DNA of 32,000 nucleotides, taken from NCBI GenBank assembly GCA_963720465.1, contig OY970393.1, forward strand, positions 1,434,234-1,466,233, read 5' to 3'. Source of the DNA: Methanobacteriota archaeon. Its GTDB lineage: Archaea > Halobacteriota > Bog-38 > Methanoflorentales > Methanoflorentaceae. The notes under the pieces are model-generated. The model saw only the letters and a list, made by a program, of their open reading frames with translations, did no database searches and was not told the DNA's origin. Numbering within the stretch: the first letter of the stretch is position 1; every line of letters starts with the position of its first letter. Below are positions 1 through 9,650 of this stretch, in pieces. The position numbers and the translations under genes were made by a program.

Positions 1-1
1 T

Positions 2-355
2 ACCGATCTGACAGGTATTGATCCTTACGCACAAAAATACCTTGGCTCTGGGGTGAAAATACTAAATAAAGCCATTGAAGATCTTGGAGACGATAAATTT
101 GACGTGATCATATTTCGAGACTCTTTAGAGCATATACTTGATCAGTTCGCAGCTCTTCGAAAGACTTCAGCGTTACTGAACAAAAATGGAGTTTGTCTAG
201 TTAGAATGCCTCTCAAAACGGAATATATTTGGGACCGTTACGGTACCAACTGGGTACAAATAGACGCCCCCCGTCATTGCGTGATTCATACTATCAAAAG
301 CTTTGATTTGTTGCTAAAAAAAAACAGATTTGAGTATAGAAGATGTAATATTTGA
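2..355 (+). pseudogene. Class I SAM-dependent methyltransferase, upstream part (5' end lies outside the window); frame broken in an A9 run
   Basis: The frame is open from nt 2 (TDLTGIDPYAQKYLGSGVKILNKAIEDLGDDKFDVIIFRDSLEHILD...NGVCLVRMP...APRHCVIHTIKSFDLLLKK), which looks like a Rossmann-fold MTase core. It stops at TGA 353-355, shortly after the A9 run at 316-324. Confidence 0.75.
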
Positions 356-560
356 CTCAGAGATACTCCAATTCGTTGGGAGCGAACAATATTTGGAAAA
401 GGTTCCACTTTTTTCAACAGAATCGTACTATGTGAATCCAACTAAGAGCATCTTTGATGCGAAGCAGATTAGGAAGTTTAAAAAGCTTGCCAAGCAGTTG
501 AATAGAACCGGAGAGGGAGATGAAGCGACATTTTGCTTAAAAAAGATCAGGACGGCCTAA
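330..560 (+). pseudogene. Same methyltransferase, C-terminal part in the shifted frame
   Basis: With 8 instead of 9 A the reading becomes ...SFDLLLKK-TDLSIEDVIFDSEILQFVGSEQYLEKVPLF..., a natural continuation. Upstream this frame is closed only by TAA 315-317 at the edge of the A-run. Stop is TAA at 558-560. Confidence 0.7.
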
Positions 561-769
561 TTTGATTATCTTTTGTTGAGGATCTTATTTATGCACCACA
601 TAAAAAAGCAATGCCGCGCGCGATATCGACCTCCAAGCCATTTCAGCTCGGTAGCGAAGACAGCGTTGAATGTCGTTGTTCGTGGAGCACGATCGAGAAT
701 TGAAGCGAACATGAGCAAAGAATCTACGAATCTTGTGATGCAGTCGGGCCAATTAAAAGTGTGGAAAAT

Positions 770-1966
770 ATGGATATTCTTTCAGTTTCGATTCTCGCTG
801 GGCTAAATAGACCGATAAGTGGCGGGCAAGACAGATATTTTCACCTCGTTCAAGCACTGAAAAAACACGGAAATCGCGTTATCGTCCTCGAACCCCAAGA
901 GTTCCTCGACGCAAAAGACCCTGCTCTAGCAAAGATCTATACGCACCCCAATTACCGACTATTTCACAGAGGCTGGAGCCTTTTTAAAGATTTAGATATC
1001 TGGTTCGTGCGCACGCTATTACTGATCCTGCAAAAAGAGCACGTAGACCTAATTACAATTGAATATTCCAGCGGAGCCGTGGCGGTGAAACTAGCGAGTG
1101 CACTTGCTGGAATTAACGTGCCTATCGTGTACACGCCGCAAAACGTTGACTCGAAGTTTGCTCGCGACGTCATATCACAAGTCACAAAGTTCTCCCGACT
1201 TGAACGGAAAATAATCCCACCCTACATCGCCTTGTTAGAAAAAATTACGGCAAAATACGTTGCAAGTCATATTGTAGCGGTCAGTGAAGAAGATAAGGAA
1301 TTTTTTCGCGGAAAATACAGCCTTGACAAAGAACGCTTAACCGTAGTTCCAAGCGGTTGCGAACTTCACGATCTGCTTGATCACAAAGCAAAAAAGGGCA
1401 TAAAAGCGCAAATGGGGTTCACTCCTAATTCCGTGATTGTCGTATTTCACGGGTCCTTCTTCCACCCCCCAAATCGAGAAGCAATCGACATAATCAGTAA
1501 CGAAATAGCTCCAATGTTTGAAACTGACGAGTCAATCGTGTTTGCTCTATATGGAAACGGGGTTCCCAAATTTGAGCGAGCGAACCTACGGTCATTTGGT
1601 TTCGTTACGGACTTGCACGGCGCCATCTCCATAGCTGATATTGCAGTAGTACCTCTGAAAAGTGGCGGTGGCACAAAGCTAAAAGTCTTTGATTACATGA
1701 ATGCAGGTCTGCCGATAATCACAACACGGAAGGGAATCGAAGGGATACGTGCCATCGATAATGAACACGTGATCGTCGTCGACACTCTCGGTCAGATCAT
1801 AGAAGCTATCCGCTGCCTAGCTGACAATCAATCGGAGCGCAAAAGGATTGGCTTGAATGCCCGTCGACTCGTCGAGCGAGAGTATGAGTGGGAGCGAATT
1901 GGACGACAGCTAGATCAACTCTATAGAGAAATCAAAGACACTCACGACCAGGTACGCACAGCCTGA
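770..1966 (+). CDS. Glycosyltransferase family 4 (GT-B, group 1)
   Basis: 401-aa ORF opens at GTG 761, with the first ATG at 770. The C-terminal motif VVPLKSGGGTKLKVFDYMNAGLPIITT...GIEG is typical of GT4 retaining transferases. The N-terminus (ILSVSILAGLNRPISGGQDRYFHLVQAL) is typical of the acceptor domain. Confidence 0.9.
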   Translation: MDILSVSILAGLNRPISGGQDRYFHLVQALKKHGNRVIVLEPQEFLDAKDPALAKIYTHPNYRLFHRGWSLFKDLDIWFVRTLLLILQKEHVDLITIEYSSGAVAVKLASALAGINVPIVYTPQNVDSKFARDVISQVTKFSRLERKIIPPYIALLEKITAKYVASHIVAVSEEDKEFFRGKYSLDKERLTVVPSGCELHDLLDHKAKKGIKAQMGFTPNSVIVVFHGSFFHPPNREAIDIISNEIAPMFETDESIVFALYGNGVPKFERANLRSFGFVTDLHGAISIADIAVVPLKSGGGTKLKVFDYMNAGLPIITTRKGIEGIRAIDNEHVIVVDTLGQIIEAIRCLADNQSERKRIGLNARRLVEREYEWERIGRQLDQLYREIKDTHDQVRTA

Positions 1967-2230
1967 ATTATCAAGCACCTTAAAGAAAATATACAGAAAG
2001 AAATCCGACTTCTGCAAAAGCAGGCTAAAAGAAGCTCGAGCGTCAAAGACACGACCACGAAGCATCGTACTTCGGCACGCCCTCGATGACGAAGAGCTGT
2101 CACTTCAGCGTCGATCACCGCACAACTTGCTTATGGTCGACTGTACCTGCCAGTTGAATTGAGGCCCACATCAAGCCAAAATCGCAAGCAAGCGTTCAGT
2201 TAGAAATAGCCGCAATGAGGAAAAGTACAG

Positions 2231-4459
2231 ATGCAGGTTCCGAACCCTTTCACGGCGAACGACTGGGATATTAGGAGCTTCCTTTTAACGGTGGTGGTCC
2301 TTCAGTGCGCTGTCTTTGTCCTGATTGCGCTCGATGTATTGGGGTTCCACGTCCCTATTCTGCGGCAGCTCTTCACCTTTGGTTATCTCGTTTTTGTCCC
2401 AGGTCTGCTCCTTCTCAGAACTTTCAGAATTCATAAGTTAGGCAGCGTTGAAACCGCGTTATTTACAGCCGGCTTGAGCATTGCGGCACTGATGTTTATC
2501 GGCCTAGTTATGAATACGGCGTTGCCAGTGCTTGGGTTCGATGCGCCGATATCCCTGTTGCCGGTAACTGTGGTACTAGCTGGCTTCGTCGCAGTATTTG
2601 GCGCACTCAGCTATGTTAGGGACAAGAACTTCTCAGACACTGAGAAATGGGATTGCGCCCAAATCTTTTCTGCGCCCTACTTGTTCTTTATCTTGTTGCC
2701 ATTTCTGTCGATAATTGGGGCCTACGTCATGAATGCCTTCAGCATCAACTTGGTTCTCGAGCTTTTACTTTTGATAATAGCGTGCGCTTTCATCGTTCTC
2801 ATCTCCTCTAAGAAGATCCCAACGCACGTGTATCCGCTGGCCGTTTTTTCCATCTCTCTCTCTTTACTGTTTTATTGGTCTTTGATATCCAACTTTCTGA
2901 CAGGATATGATGTTCTAGGCGAGTATTTCAATGCCCACTTAGTGTTACAAAACGCGGTTTGGGACCCTTTCATGCCAAGCCTTTACAACGGCGTGCTTAG
3001 CGTAGTAATGCTTGCGCCATTTCTCTCTCTGTTGTCCAACCTGTCACTCGTGTGGGTTTTTAAGATTGTTTACCCTGTGCTGTTCTCCCTCGTCCCTGTG
3101 GGCTTGTTTTGGGTGTATAAAAGACTAACAGACGACAAGGTAGCGTTTTTAGCTGTCGCCTACATTATGTCGCTCACTTCGTTTTTCGTTTATATGCCGG
3201 GGTTGGCGCGGCAAGAAATTGCCGAGATATTTGTCGTCCTGGCGTTGCTGCTCGTAGTTGATCGAAAAATAGAAGCGACGATAAAAACAGGATTGTTTAT
3301 CATCTTTCTCTCCGCGCTTGCCGTATCTCATTACACGATCTCTTACATTTTTATTGGTTGCCTTGTGACGGCATTGCTGATACTCTCTCTACAGAAAAAC
3401 GGTGCTCTGATAAAATGGAAGGCGAAGCTGATCTCTTTGTTAAGTAATGAAGACCAAGCCGGGGGCTCGGTCAACCGATCCGCTATAGCACGCGAGTCAC
3501 TTGTCACTGTCGCTCGCAGCTCTTACTTCATTGTCTGCGTGCTGTCGTGGTACGCGTACGTTTCGGCCGGTTCGGCCATAGATAAGCTTTCCGGTTTGGC
3601 ACAGAATATTTCATCTCATGTCTCTTCGGATCTTCTGAGCCCGAGCACCTCACAAGGGGCAGCAATCATTGTTAGCCAGCCTACGTCCCCGTTGCACGCC
3701 GTCACGAAATACTTTTACCTGGTAAGCATCGGCCTCGTCATCATCGGTTTGCTAGCGACCTGGCTTAAACCAACGATGCGCCTAAACAGGGAAATCTCAG
3801 CATTTTTCGTCCCTGCCTGCGCGCTCTTGGCTGCAGCAATTGCCCTCCCATTTTTAGCTGGCCAAATTCAAACGGATAGGTTGTTGCATATCGGGCTACT
3901 TTTTCTCGCGCCCCTATTCCCCATAGGGGCGCTCGCAGTCGGCGGAATAGCGAGAGCCATAGCAATCCGCAGGCGAGCTACATCAGAAAATATGCGTACG
4001 TGGGTGTTGCGTGGTCTCTCTGTTTTTCTTGCTGTGTTTCTACTGCTCAACAGCGGGCTGATTTACGAAGTCGTTCACGACCATCCTACGTCGATAGCGC
4101 TCGACAAAACGGTTGCGTCACCTGTTTTCGATGACATGGAAACGACAGCATCGCTGTGGCTTCAGAACGAGACCCCGCCGAATGCACAAATGTATGCCGA
4201 TTCCTATCATTACACATTGCTCTTGACCATTACCCCGGACAGCAACGTGAGGACTCTGTGGGTGCCTTCAACTAACTTCTCTGCAGAATTGCCCTACAAC
4301 TACATCTTTTTGGGAACCACTAACGTCGCAAATAAAGAGTTCTATATAGCTCAAATCTCTGCTAGTGATGTCCCGCAATATGCCAATGTCAGCACATCTG
4401 AAATAAGCCAGACTCGCAGTTTACTGTATGACAACGGAGGTGCGCAGGTGTACCTTTGA
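2231..4459 (+). CDS. Polytopic (~18 TM) membrane protein, DUF2206-like; candidate GT-C-type glycosyltransferase or glycan polymerase
   Basis: 742-aa ORF with ATG preceded by GAGGA. Hydrophobic helices run continuously, followed by a ~130-aa soluble C-terminal domain ending ...LLYDNGGAQVYL. From memory this matches archaeal DUF2206 proteins. It sits between a GT4 and a GT2. Confidence 0.8.
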   Translation: MQVPNPFTANDWDIRSFLLTVVVLQCAVFVLIALDVLGFHVPILRQLFTFGYLVFVPGLLLLRTFRIHKLGSVETALFTAGLSIAALMFIGLVMNTALPVLGFDAPISLLPVTVVLAGFVAVFGALSYVRDKNFSDTEKWDCAQIFSAPYLFFILLPFLSIIGAYVMNAFSINLVLELLLLIIACAFIVLISSKKIPTHVYPLAVFSISLSLLFYWSLISNFLTGYDVLGEYFNAHLVLQNAVWDPFMPSLYNGVLSVVMLAPFLSLLSNLSLVWVFKIVYPVLFSLVPVGLFWVYKRLTDDKVAFLAVAYIMSLTSFFVYMPGLARQEIAEIFVVLALLLVVDRKIEATIKTGLFIIFLSALAVSHYTISYIFIGCLVTALLILSLQKNGALIKWKAKLISLLSNEDQAGGSVNRSAIARESLVTVARSSYFIVCVLSWYAYVSAGSAIDKLSGLAQNISSHVSSDLLSPSTSQGAAIIVSQPTSPLHAVTKYFYLVSIGLVIIGLLATWLKPTMRLNREISAFFVPACALLAAAIALPFLAGQIQTDRLLHIGLLFLAPLFPIGALAVGGIARAIAIRRRATSENMRTWVLRGLSVFLAVFLLLNSGLIYEVVHDHPTSIALDKTVASPVFDDMETTASLWLQNETPPNAQMYADSYHYTLLLTITPDSNVRTLWVPSTNFSAELPYNYIFLGTTNVANKEFYIAQISASDVPQYANVSTSEISQTRSLLYDNGGAQVYL

Positions 4460-4827
4460 CTTGAATTCAATTTTACAAGGCTCAGTACCGAGGAGCCTCC
4501 GCGAAATTGACAATTGGGGGTCAGCCCTGCAGATTCTCACATTTGATGTGCAGCCAGTCTGCGCCAGTTGTCTTCAGCGATCGATGAGCATGGCGAATAA
4601 CGGACACCTTAAAGGGTTAGGGGAGACATATTTACGTGCACTTAGCTCCCATTATTGCATCAAGACTTGTGCTCTCCGCAACCCGAAAAACCCCACACAA
4701 GAAACCAATCAAATCAAATTGAGGCGAAATGCTAATGTTGAAATTTGTAAGATTATCTGTCTGCGCGTTCAAACCAACTTAGTCGAGACGCCAAGTGAGT
4801 CGAGAGCGCTCAGTTGACCGTTGCTCT

Positions 4828-5904
4828 ATGAACAAAACGATGAATGAAATGCGATGGCCCAAAGTTTTTATTATTATCCTTAACTGGAACGGCTGGAAAG
4901 ACACAATAGAGTGCCTGGAATCGCTCTATGCTATTTCCTATCCCAACTACCAAGTTATCGTCGTAGACAATAATTCACAGGATGATTCGCTTGCAAGAAT
5001 AAACGCCTACGCCCGCGGTGAAATAGTGATCGAATCGTCTTTGTTCGCTCAGAGCAGTCGTCCACAAGGCTTGAAAGCTACGCAACTTGCCAGAGAACAA
5101 GCAGAATGCGTGTCCGTCTGCAGAGAAGAAGTAATGACAGAGCACGTGTCTCAAGCCCTTCAGAACGAGCAGCTATTGATTATTCAGAACGAGCAGAATT
5201 TTGGATATTCAGAGGGCAATAACATCGGTATGCGCTACGCGTTGAAAGCAGCTGCTGATTACATATTGCTGTTGAATAATGATACGGTAGTCCACGAAGA
5301 TTTTCTTACAGAGCTCGTACGTGTCGCGGAAGAGGATGACAGCATTGGAGCTATAGGACCTAAGATATGCTTTTACGACGCGCCTCAAGTCATCGAGTCG
5401 ACGGGCGCTCGCATTAACTTCTGGACAGGCAGAGGGATTGCCCTCAATTGGGAGAAGGCGGACGATCTTCTTGATTCTTCAAGTGCCCAGAAGTTGTTGT
5501 CCGTTGATTACATCTCCGGCGCTTGTTTTCTGATACCCCGCAGAATAATTGAAGAGGTAGGCGGGCTTGACCCACTGTATTTCCTTTACGGAGAAGAGCT
5601 TGACTGGTGTATTCGAATCAGCAAAGCGGGCTATAGAATCACATGTGACCTAGACAGCAAGATCTGGCATAAAGGCATGGCATCAACTTCGAAGGACGCG
5701 CGATTCTCTCAGTACTACCTCGAAAGAAATCGAGTCATCTACATGAGAAAGTACGCAACGACGTTGCAGTTCATGTCGTTTTTGTTCTACTACCCGTTTT
5801 TTTATACTGCGCTTCTCCTAAAAAGGCGTCGAGCGCGCGACATTCCTTATTTTGTTAGGGGCTTCATTGATGGCTTTGTCAAGGACATATCTAGCTCATC
5901 TTGA
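4828..5904 (+). CDS. Glycosyltransferase family 2 (rhamnosyltransferase-like), paralogue 1 of 3
   Basis: Motifs IIILNWNGWKDTIECLESL, VIVVDNNSQDDS, NFGYSEGNNIGMRYAL, LLLNNDTVV, GACFLIPRR...GGLDPLYFLYGEELDWC. The ORF opens at GTG 4795; in-frame ATGs are at 4828, 4840 and 4849. Confidence 0.9.
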   Translation: MNKTMNEMRWPKVFIIILNWNGWKDTIECLESLYAISYPNYQVIVVDNNSQDDSLARINAYARGEIVIESSLFAQSSRPQGLKATQLAREQAECVSVCREEVMTEHVSQALQNEQLLIIQNEQNFGYSEGNNIGMRYALKAAADYILLLNNDTVVHEDFLTELVRVAEEDDSIGAIGPKICFYDAPQVIESTGARINFWTGRGIALNWEKADDLLDSSSAQKLLSVDYISGACFLIPRRIIEEVGGLDPLYFLYGEELDWCIRISKAGYRITCDLDSKIWHKGMASTSKDARFSQYYLERNRVIYMRKYATTLQFMSFLFYYPFFYTALLLKRRRARDIPYFVRGFIDGFVKDISSSS

Positions 5905-6184
5905 TCCCTAGCTTTATCGGTCTCTTTGCACAAAACCCAAAAGTGAGCACAACGAAATCCGAAATAAACGTGTCTGGGCTAATATCTCTAAAAAGGAAAT
6001 TAAGGGGACCCCCCTCTGTAACGCTTTAAAAGCCAGATTTTAAGCCCGATAGAAAAAAGAACGACGGAAGCATCATTATGAAAATGTCGATTGAAAAGGT
6101 AATTACTATGCGGATAGAGTAACGCTCCTCGGGTAGAATGGGACGCAAAACGGTATGTGTGGTTTTTTGTTCATTAGCGGAGGA

Positions 6185-6967
6185 TTATGCTCGGTCTAAA
6201 GTCATTTTCGCCAAGTCTCGCTTTTCTTTAAAAACTCGATCGAAGTAGCAAGTGATGAACATCGGCCATTCGATCACTAATCTGAGAGCGCGACTTATTG
6301 GCTCTCCTTCTTGACGTCGCGCGTTGACAAATCGTTTATGCGTATACATAACGGAAAGGAGCCACAATCGACTAATCTTCGTGTTTAAGAAACTCACGTC
6401 TGCGAATTTGAACCCATTCTCTTCACACAGACTTTTATAGGCATCAACTTGCCTAGTGGTGAAGCTTCCTTCTGCACTCAATTCTTTAGTCGTTCCTATC
6501 TCTTCCATGAGCACAATTTGAGTCTTGGTTACTCTGCATATTTCTTGCACGAGAGCGGTGAGCATTTCTTCGTCAGTGACATGCTGCAACACGGTAACCG
6601 TAAAGCTGATATCAATAGATTGATCTTCAAAAGGCAACTTTTTCCCGTTAATTCTGTAAAGTTCAACTCCTTTGTATGCGGCGACATTTTGCGCGGCTAT
6701 GTTAATCATTGTTTGTGAGATATCGACTCCTATCAGTGCTTGCGGTGCGCGACGTTCCGCTATATGCTTTAAATTGCCGCCGGGGCCGCAACCGACCTCC
6801 AACACGCGTGCATCGCGAAAATCGATTGTGTCCAAGAACGTCTGTAGAAATTTGTCCCTTCTGTAACGGGAAACTGGATCATCATACCCAGCTACGTCGC
6901 ACTGATCTCTTTTTTGGATCTCTTGTCCAACTTTAGACCAATACTGCTCAGGATCATACTCTACCAT
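6185..6967 (-). CDS. Class I SAM-dependent methyltransferase
   Basis: SAM-binding motif I ARVLEVGCGPGGNLKHI, then post-I and post-II regions (LIGVDISQTMI, ...SIDISFTVTVLQHV). The ORF extends to TTG 6991. ATG 6967 (MVEYDPEQYW) has an upstream AAGGA. Confidence 0.88.
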   Translation of the reverse strand: MVEYDPEQYWSKVGQEIQKRDQCDVAGYDDPVSRYRRDKFLQTFLDTIDFRDARVLEVGCGPGGNLKHIAERRAPQALIGVDISQTMINIAAQNVAAYKGVELYRINGKKLPFEDQSIDISFTVTVLQHVTDEEMLTALVQEICRVTKTQIVLMEEIGTTKELSAEGSFTTRQVDAYKSLCEENGFKFADVSFLNTKISRLWLLSVMYTHKRFVNARRQEGEPISRALRLVIEWPMFITCYFDRVFKEKRDLAKMTLDRA

Positions 6968-7539
6968 CTCTCTGTCCTTATGAATTGCCAAGTTAGTCCT
7001 TCTCGCGCGCGATGAGTCAAACTCGATGAGTGCCGTTTTGAAGCTTATTACATTGCCCGCCTTTTATACCCTGTTGCGCCTATCTTATTGAATCGCATGT
7101 CTTTTCTACTTTTACTATAAGAAAGAGTTTTAGGACGGGTTAAAAATGAAATTGGACTTAGATCCGCGAAAGGCGGGGCCAAAAGCATCAAACACCTTCG
7201 AGATATCGAAGCGGAACGCATCCCACTGCATTGACGGAGGTCACGGGTTTTCAGGGAAGGTTATGCTCTTTGAGTACAAAGTGCGGATTACGAAAACCCC
7301 CCTAGGCTTTGGCAGCGGTTTTCATACAGACGCTTGCATCAAAAAATCGTGAGTCTGCTTCCTTGTCGAACGACTAAAGCACAACTCGTGGCTCGGCGCT
7401 CTAAAATGATCCTGTTTCAAATTGTCTCAAACGGCAGCCCGCAAGCCGACGTATCAGAAGTCCCGTCTTAGCCTCGAAATACGTACTTCATATGCGAGGA
7501 CGCAGAATGCTAGGTGGCCAAGCGACGGGGGCAGACAGA

Positions 7540-7797
7540 ATGACTCTCAGTGACGCGCAGCGATTTATCTATTGTTTGTTCGGGTTAGCGTATTTCACTA
7601 TCTTCGTTTTGGTGTTGTTAAACGTCTACGCGCTGGAGATCTTTCTCGTCCTTTCGATTGCTGAATTCTTCGCGGTTGTCCAACTAACGGAGCCCTCTTT
7701 CTTCCGCGCTGCGTGGAGAAAACACATGAACGTTCTTGCTGCGATTTACTTGATTATATTCTTTATCGTAATGTACCGGCGCATATTGAGTCTCTAA
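7540..7797 (+). CDS. Small hypothetical membrane protein (about 3 TM)
   Basis: ORF 7492-7797. The internal ATG at 7540 is preceded by GGGGG about 10 nt upstream. The sequence has strongly hydrophobic helices (FIYCLFGLAYFTIFVLVLLNVYALEIFLVLSIAEFFAVV...LAAIYLIIFFIVMY). I recognise no family. Confidence 0.5.
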   Translation: MTLSDAQRFIYCLFGLAYFTIFVLVLLNVYALEIFLVLSIAEFFAVVQLTEPSFFRAAWRKHMNVLAAIYLIIFFIVMYRRILSL

Positions 7798-8178
7798 CAG
7801 AGCGGTCGAGCAAGTGACACACGACGGATAAATCGTTCTTATTTGTATCAGATCAGGCTTTTCGACCACTAGAAGCAAAACCGCAGAGACACTTTCTTCC
7901 TACGCGAGCTGCAGAGACAAAGGACGGCCGGTCGAGCTTGCGCCTGAAGTTGCTGGACTATTGCAGCAGGAATCGGTCACCCTGAAAATAAAGGGACAGA
8001 GCGATCCCCGTTCGACCGCCGAAAATCGTAGCAATCGAGGGAATCAATATCCGGAAAGTGCAACGTCTTTTTTATATGCGCTCGTCGTAATATTATTGAA
8101 TTCTCACTCGAGGTAAAATATTTTTTACGCAGGCAAACATAGACTCAACGCCTTAAACGCGGTTCTCAAGGAGAACTC

Positions 8179-9060
8179 ATGACACTGATGCTGTACGCGC
8201 CCTTCAAGAAGAGTCAATCGCTCACGCGCAAAAACGAGTTCAGGGCCACCGGCGTTTTTCTGCTCATCCTCGGAACGATCGTGGTGCTGATCGCATATCC
8301 CTCATACAACACCTCGACGATGTCGAACGCGCTGATGATGGTCGGGGTGACCGCTCTCTTTATCGGTGGCCTAACGATATTTCTTAACACGGGGAAATTC
8401 ATCAGCGAAATTGTCGCGGAACGCTTTCAGTTGAGCACAACGATCGCACTCGAAGACCTTCTTCGCGATCTCGGATTGAGAGACAAAGGCGTCTATATCC
8501 CTGCGTCCCGTACAGGAGTGGGAACGAAGGTTTTCGTTCCGCTGACGGGCGTGGACAAATGCCTCCCTCAAGCGTGCATCAAGGACGATCACGCGTTTCT
8601 TACCAGCCTTGCAGACACAGCGGAAGTGGGTGCGTTGATCCAGCCCTTAGGCTACGCCCTTTTCACCTATACCGAGAAGGACATGGAAGTAGTGTGGAAA
8701 TCGGCTGACGCCAACGGCGGTGAGCAAGATGAGCCATCAGAGCCTGAGCTTGAGCCAGACCAGTTCAGCAAGAAACTGCAGGCAGTGCTCGTCAAGGGGC
8801 TGCACCTTGCAGATTCCGCGGCGATATCGGACGAAGCAGGAGAGTTGCACGTCAGCTTGCAAAACTCAAGCTATTTATCGGCCTGCAGCATCATTATGGA
8901 GCGGGCGCCGCAAGTATGCAAGCAGCTCGGCTGTCCTCTGTGCAGCTTAATCGCGTGCATTTACACGGAGCAGGTCGACAAGGAAGTAGTGATAGAAAAC
9001 GTGCATCGTTCTAATCGGAATATTGACATCACGTGCAAAGTTCTCGATAGGCAGGGTTAG
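8179..9060 (+). CDS. Hypothetical membrane-anchored protein (2 N-terminal TM helices, C-terminal CX4CX2CX4C cluster)
   Basis: 293-aa ORF. AAGGAG lies 6-7 nt upstream of ATG 8179. It has two TM segments, an acidic linker (EQDEPSEPELEPDQ) and a Cys cluster VCKQLGCPLCSLIAC. I recognise no family. Confidence 0.8.
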   Translation: MTLMLYAPFKKSQSLTRKNEFRATGVFLLILGTIVVLIAYPSYNTSTMSNALMMVGVTALFIGGLTIFLNTGKFISEIVAERFQLSTTIALEDLLRDLGLRDKGVYIPASRTGVGTKVFVPLTGVDKCLPQACIKDDHAFLTSLADTAEVGALIQPLGYALFTYTEKDMEVVWKSADANGGEQDEPSEPELEPDQFSKKLQAVLVKGLHLADSAAISDEAGELHVSLQNSSYLSACSIIMERAPQVCKQLGCPLCSLIACIYTEQVDKEVVIENVHRSNRNIDITCKVLDRQG

Positions 9061-9650
9061 CTCCTTGCGCATCCTTGTCATTTACGCCGCAGACAACCAT
9101 CCCGACTGGTTTATGAAATAGCTAAGGCGGTAAAAAGCCGATGGGAGGCGCGGCTCCCATGCAGATCGCTGCTCTTATTGAAACAGCCAACATGATGATT
9201 CGTTTTCATCTGTCGCAAGGCACTTTAATTATCTAAGAAACTTTTACCGTGCACAATGACTTTTTTAAGCTTTAGGTTTTTCGCCGCTGTGCGACGCCAG
9301 GCTATGCTCGATGCGGTGTACCGCGGAGCCTGCGATGGAAAGAGCTTGCTAATGCGCAGTCGGCTATCCGCTGTCGAAGGGTCTCGACGCGCCTCAACGC
9401 GATTTTGTTCTCTGAGGTCGCGGCCGCACTCCAACAATAGTCTTGTGCTCTCTTTCGCAATAGAGCCTATAGTGATCGAGGGCGGGCGTCAATCTTCGCC
9501 TTTACAGCTCGTGCGCAGTCAGCGCGAGAAACGGCCCTTCGGCGAGATCAGAGAGGAATCTATTTCGGAAGGTTTTTGAACTCTTCTGTCAGTAACGGTA
9601 GTCTGGAGCCTAAGGGCTGTTTGCAGGACCGAGCTGACGCACTTCCATCG

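Noticed and set aside
7146-7352. 68-aa ORF in the intergenic region after the minus-strand methyltransferase
   Set aside because: It has no recognisable motifs or convincing RBS, and its composition is unremarkable. Support is insufficient to call it.
9225-9579. ORFs 9256-9579 (+) and 9225-9437 (-) upstream of the surface-protein gene
   Set aside because: They overlap each other, their translations are Arg/Ser-rich, and I recognise no motifs. The region more likely holds the promoter or leader of the 9651 gene.
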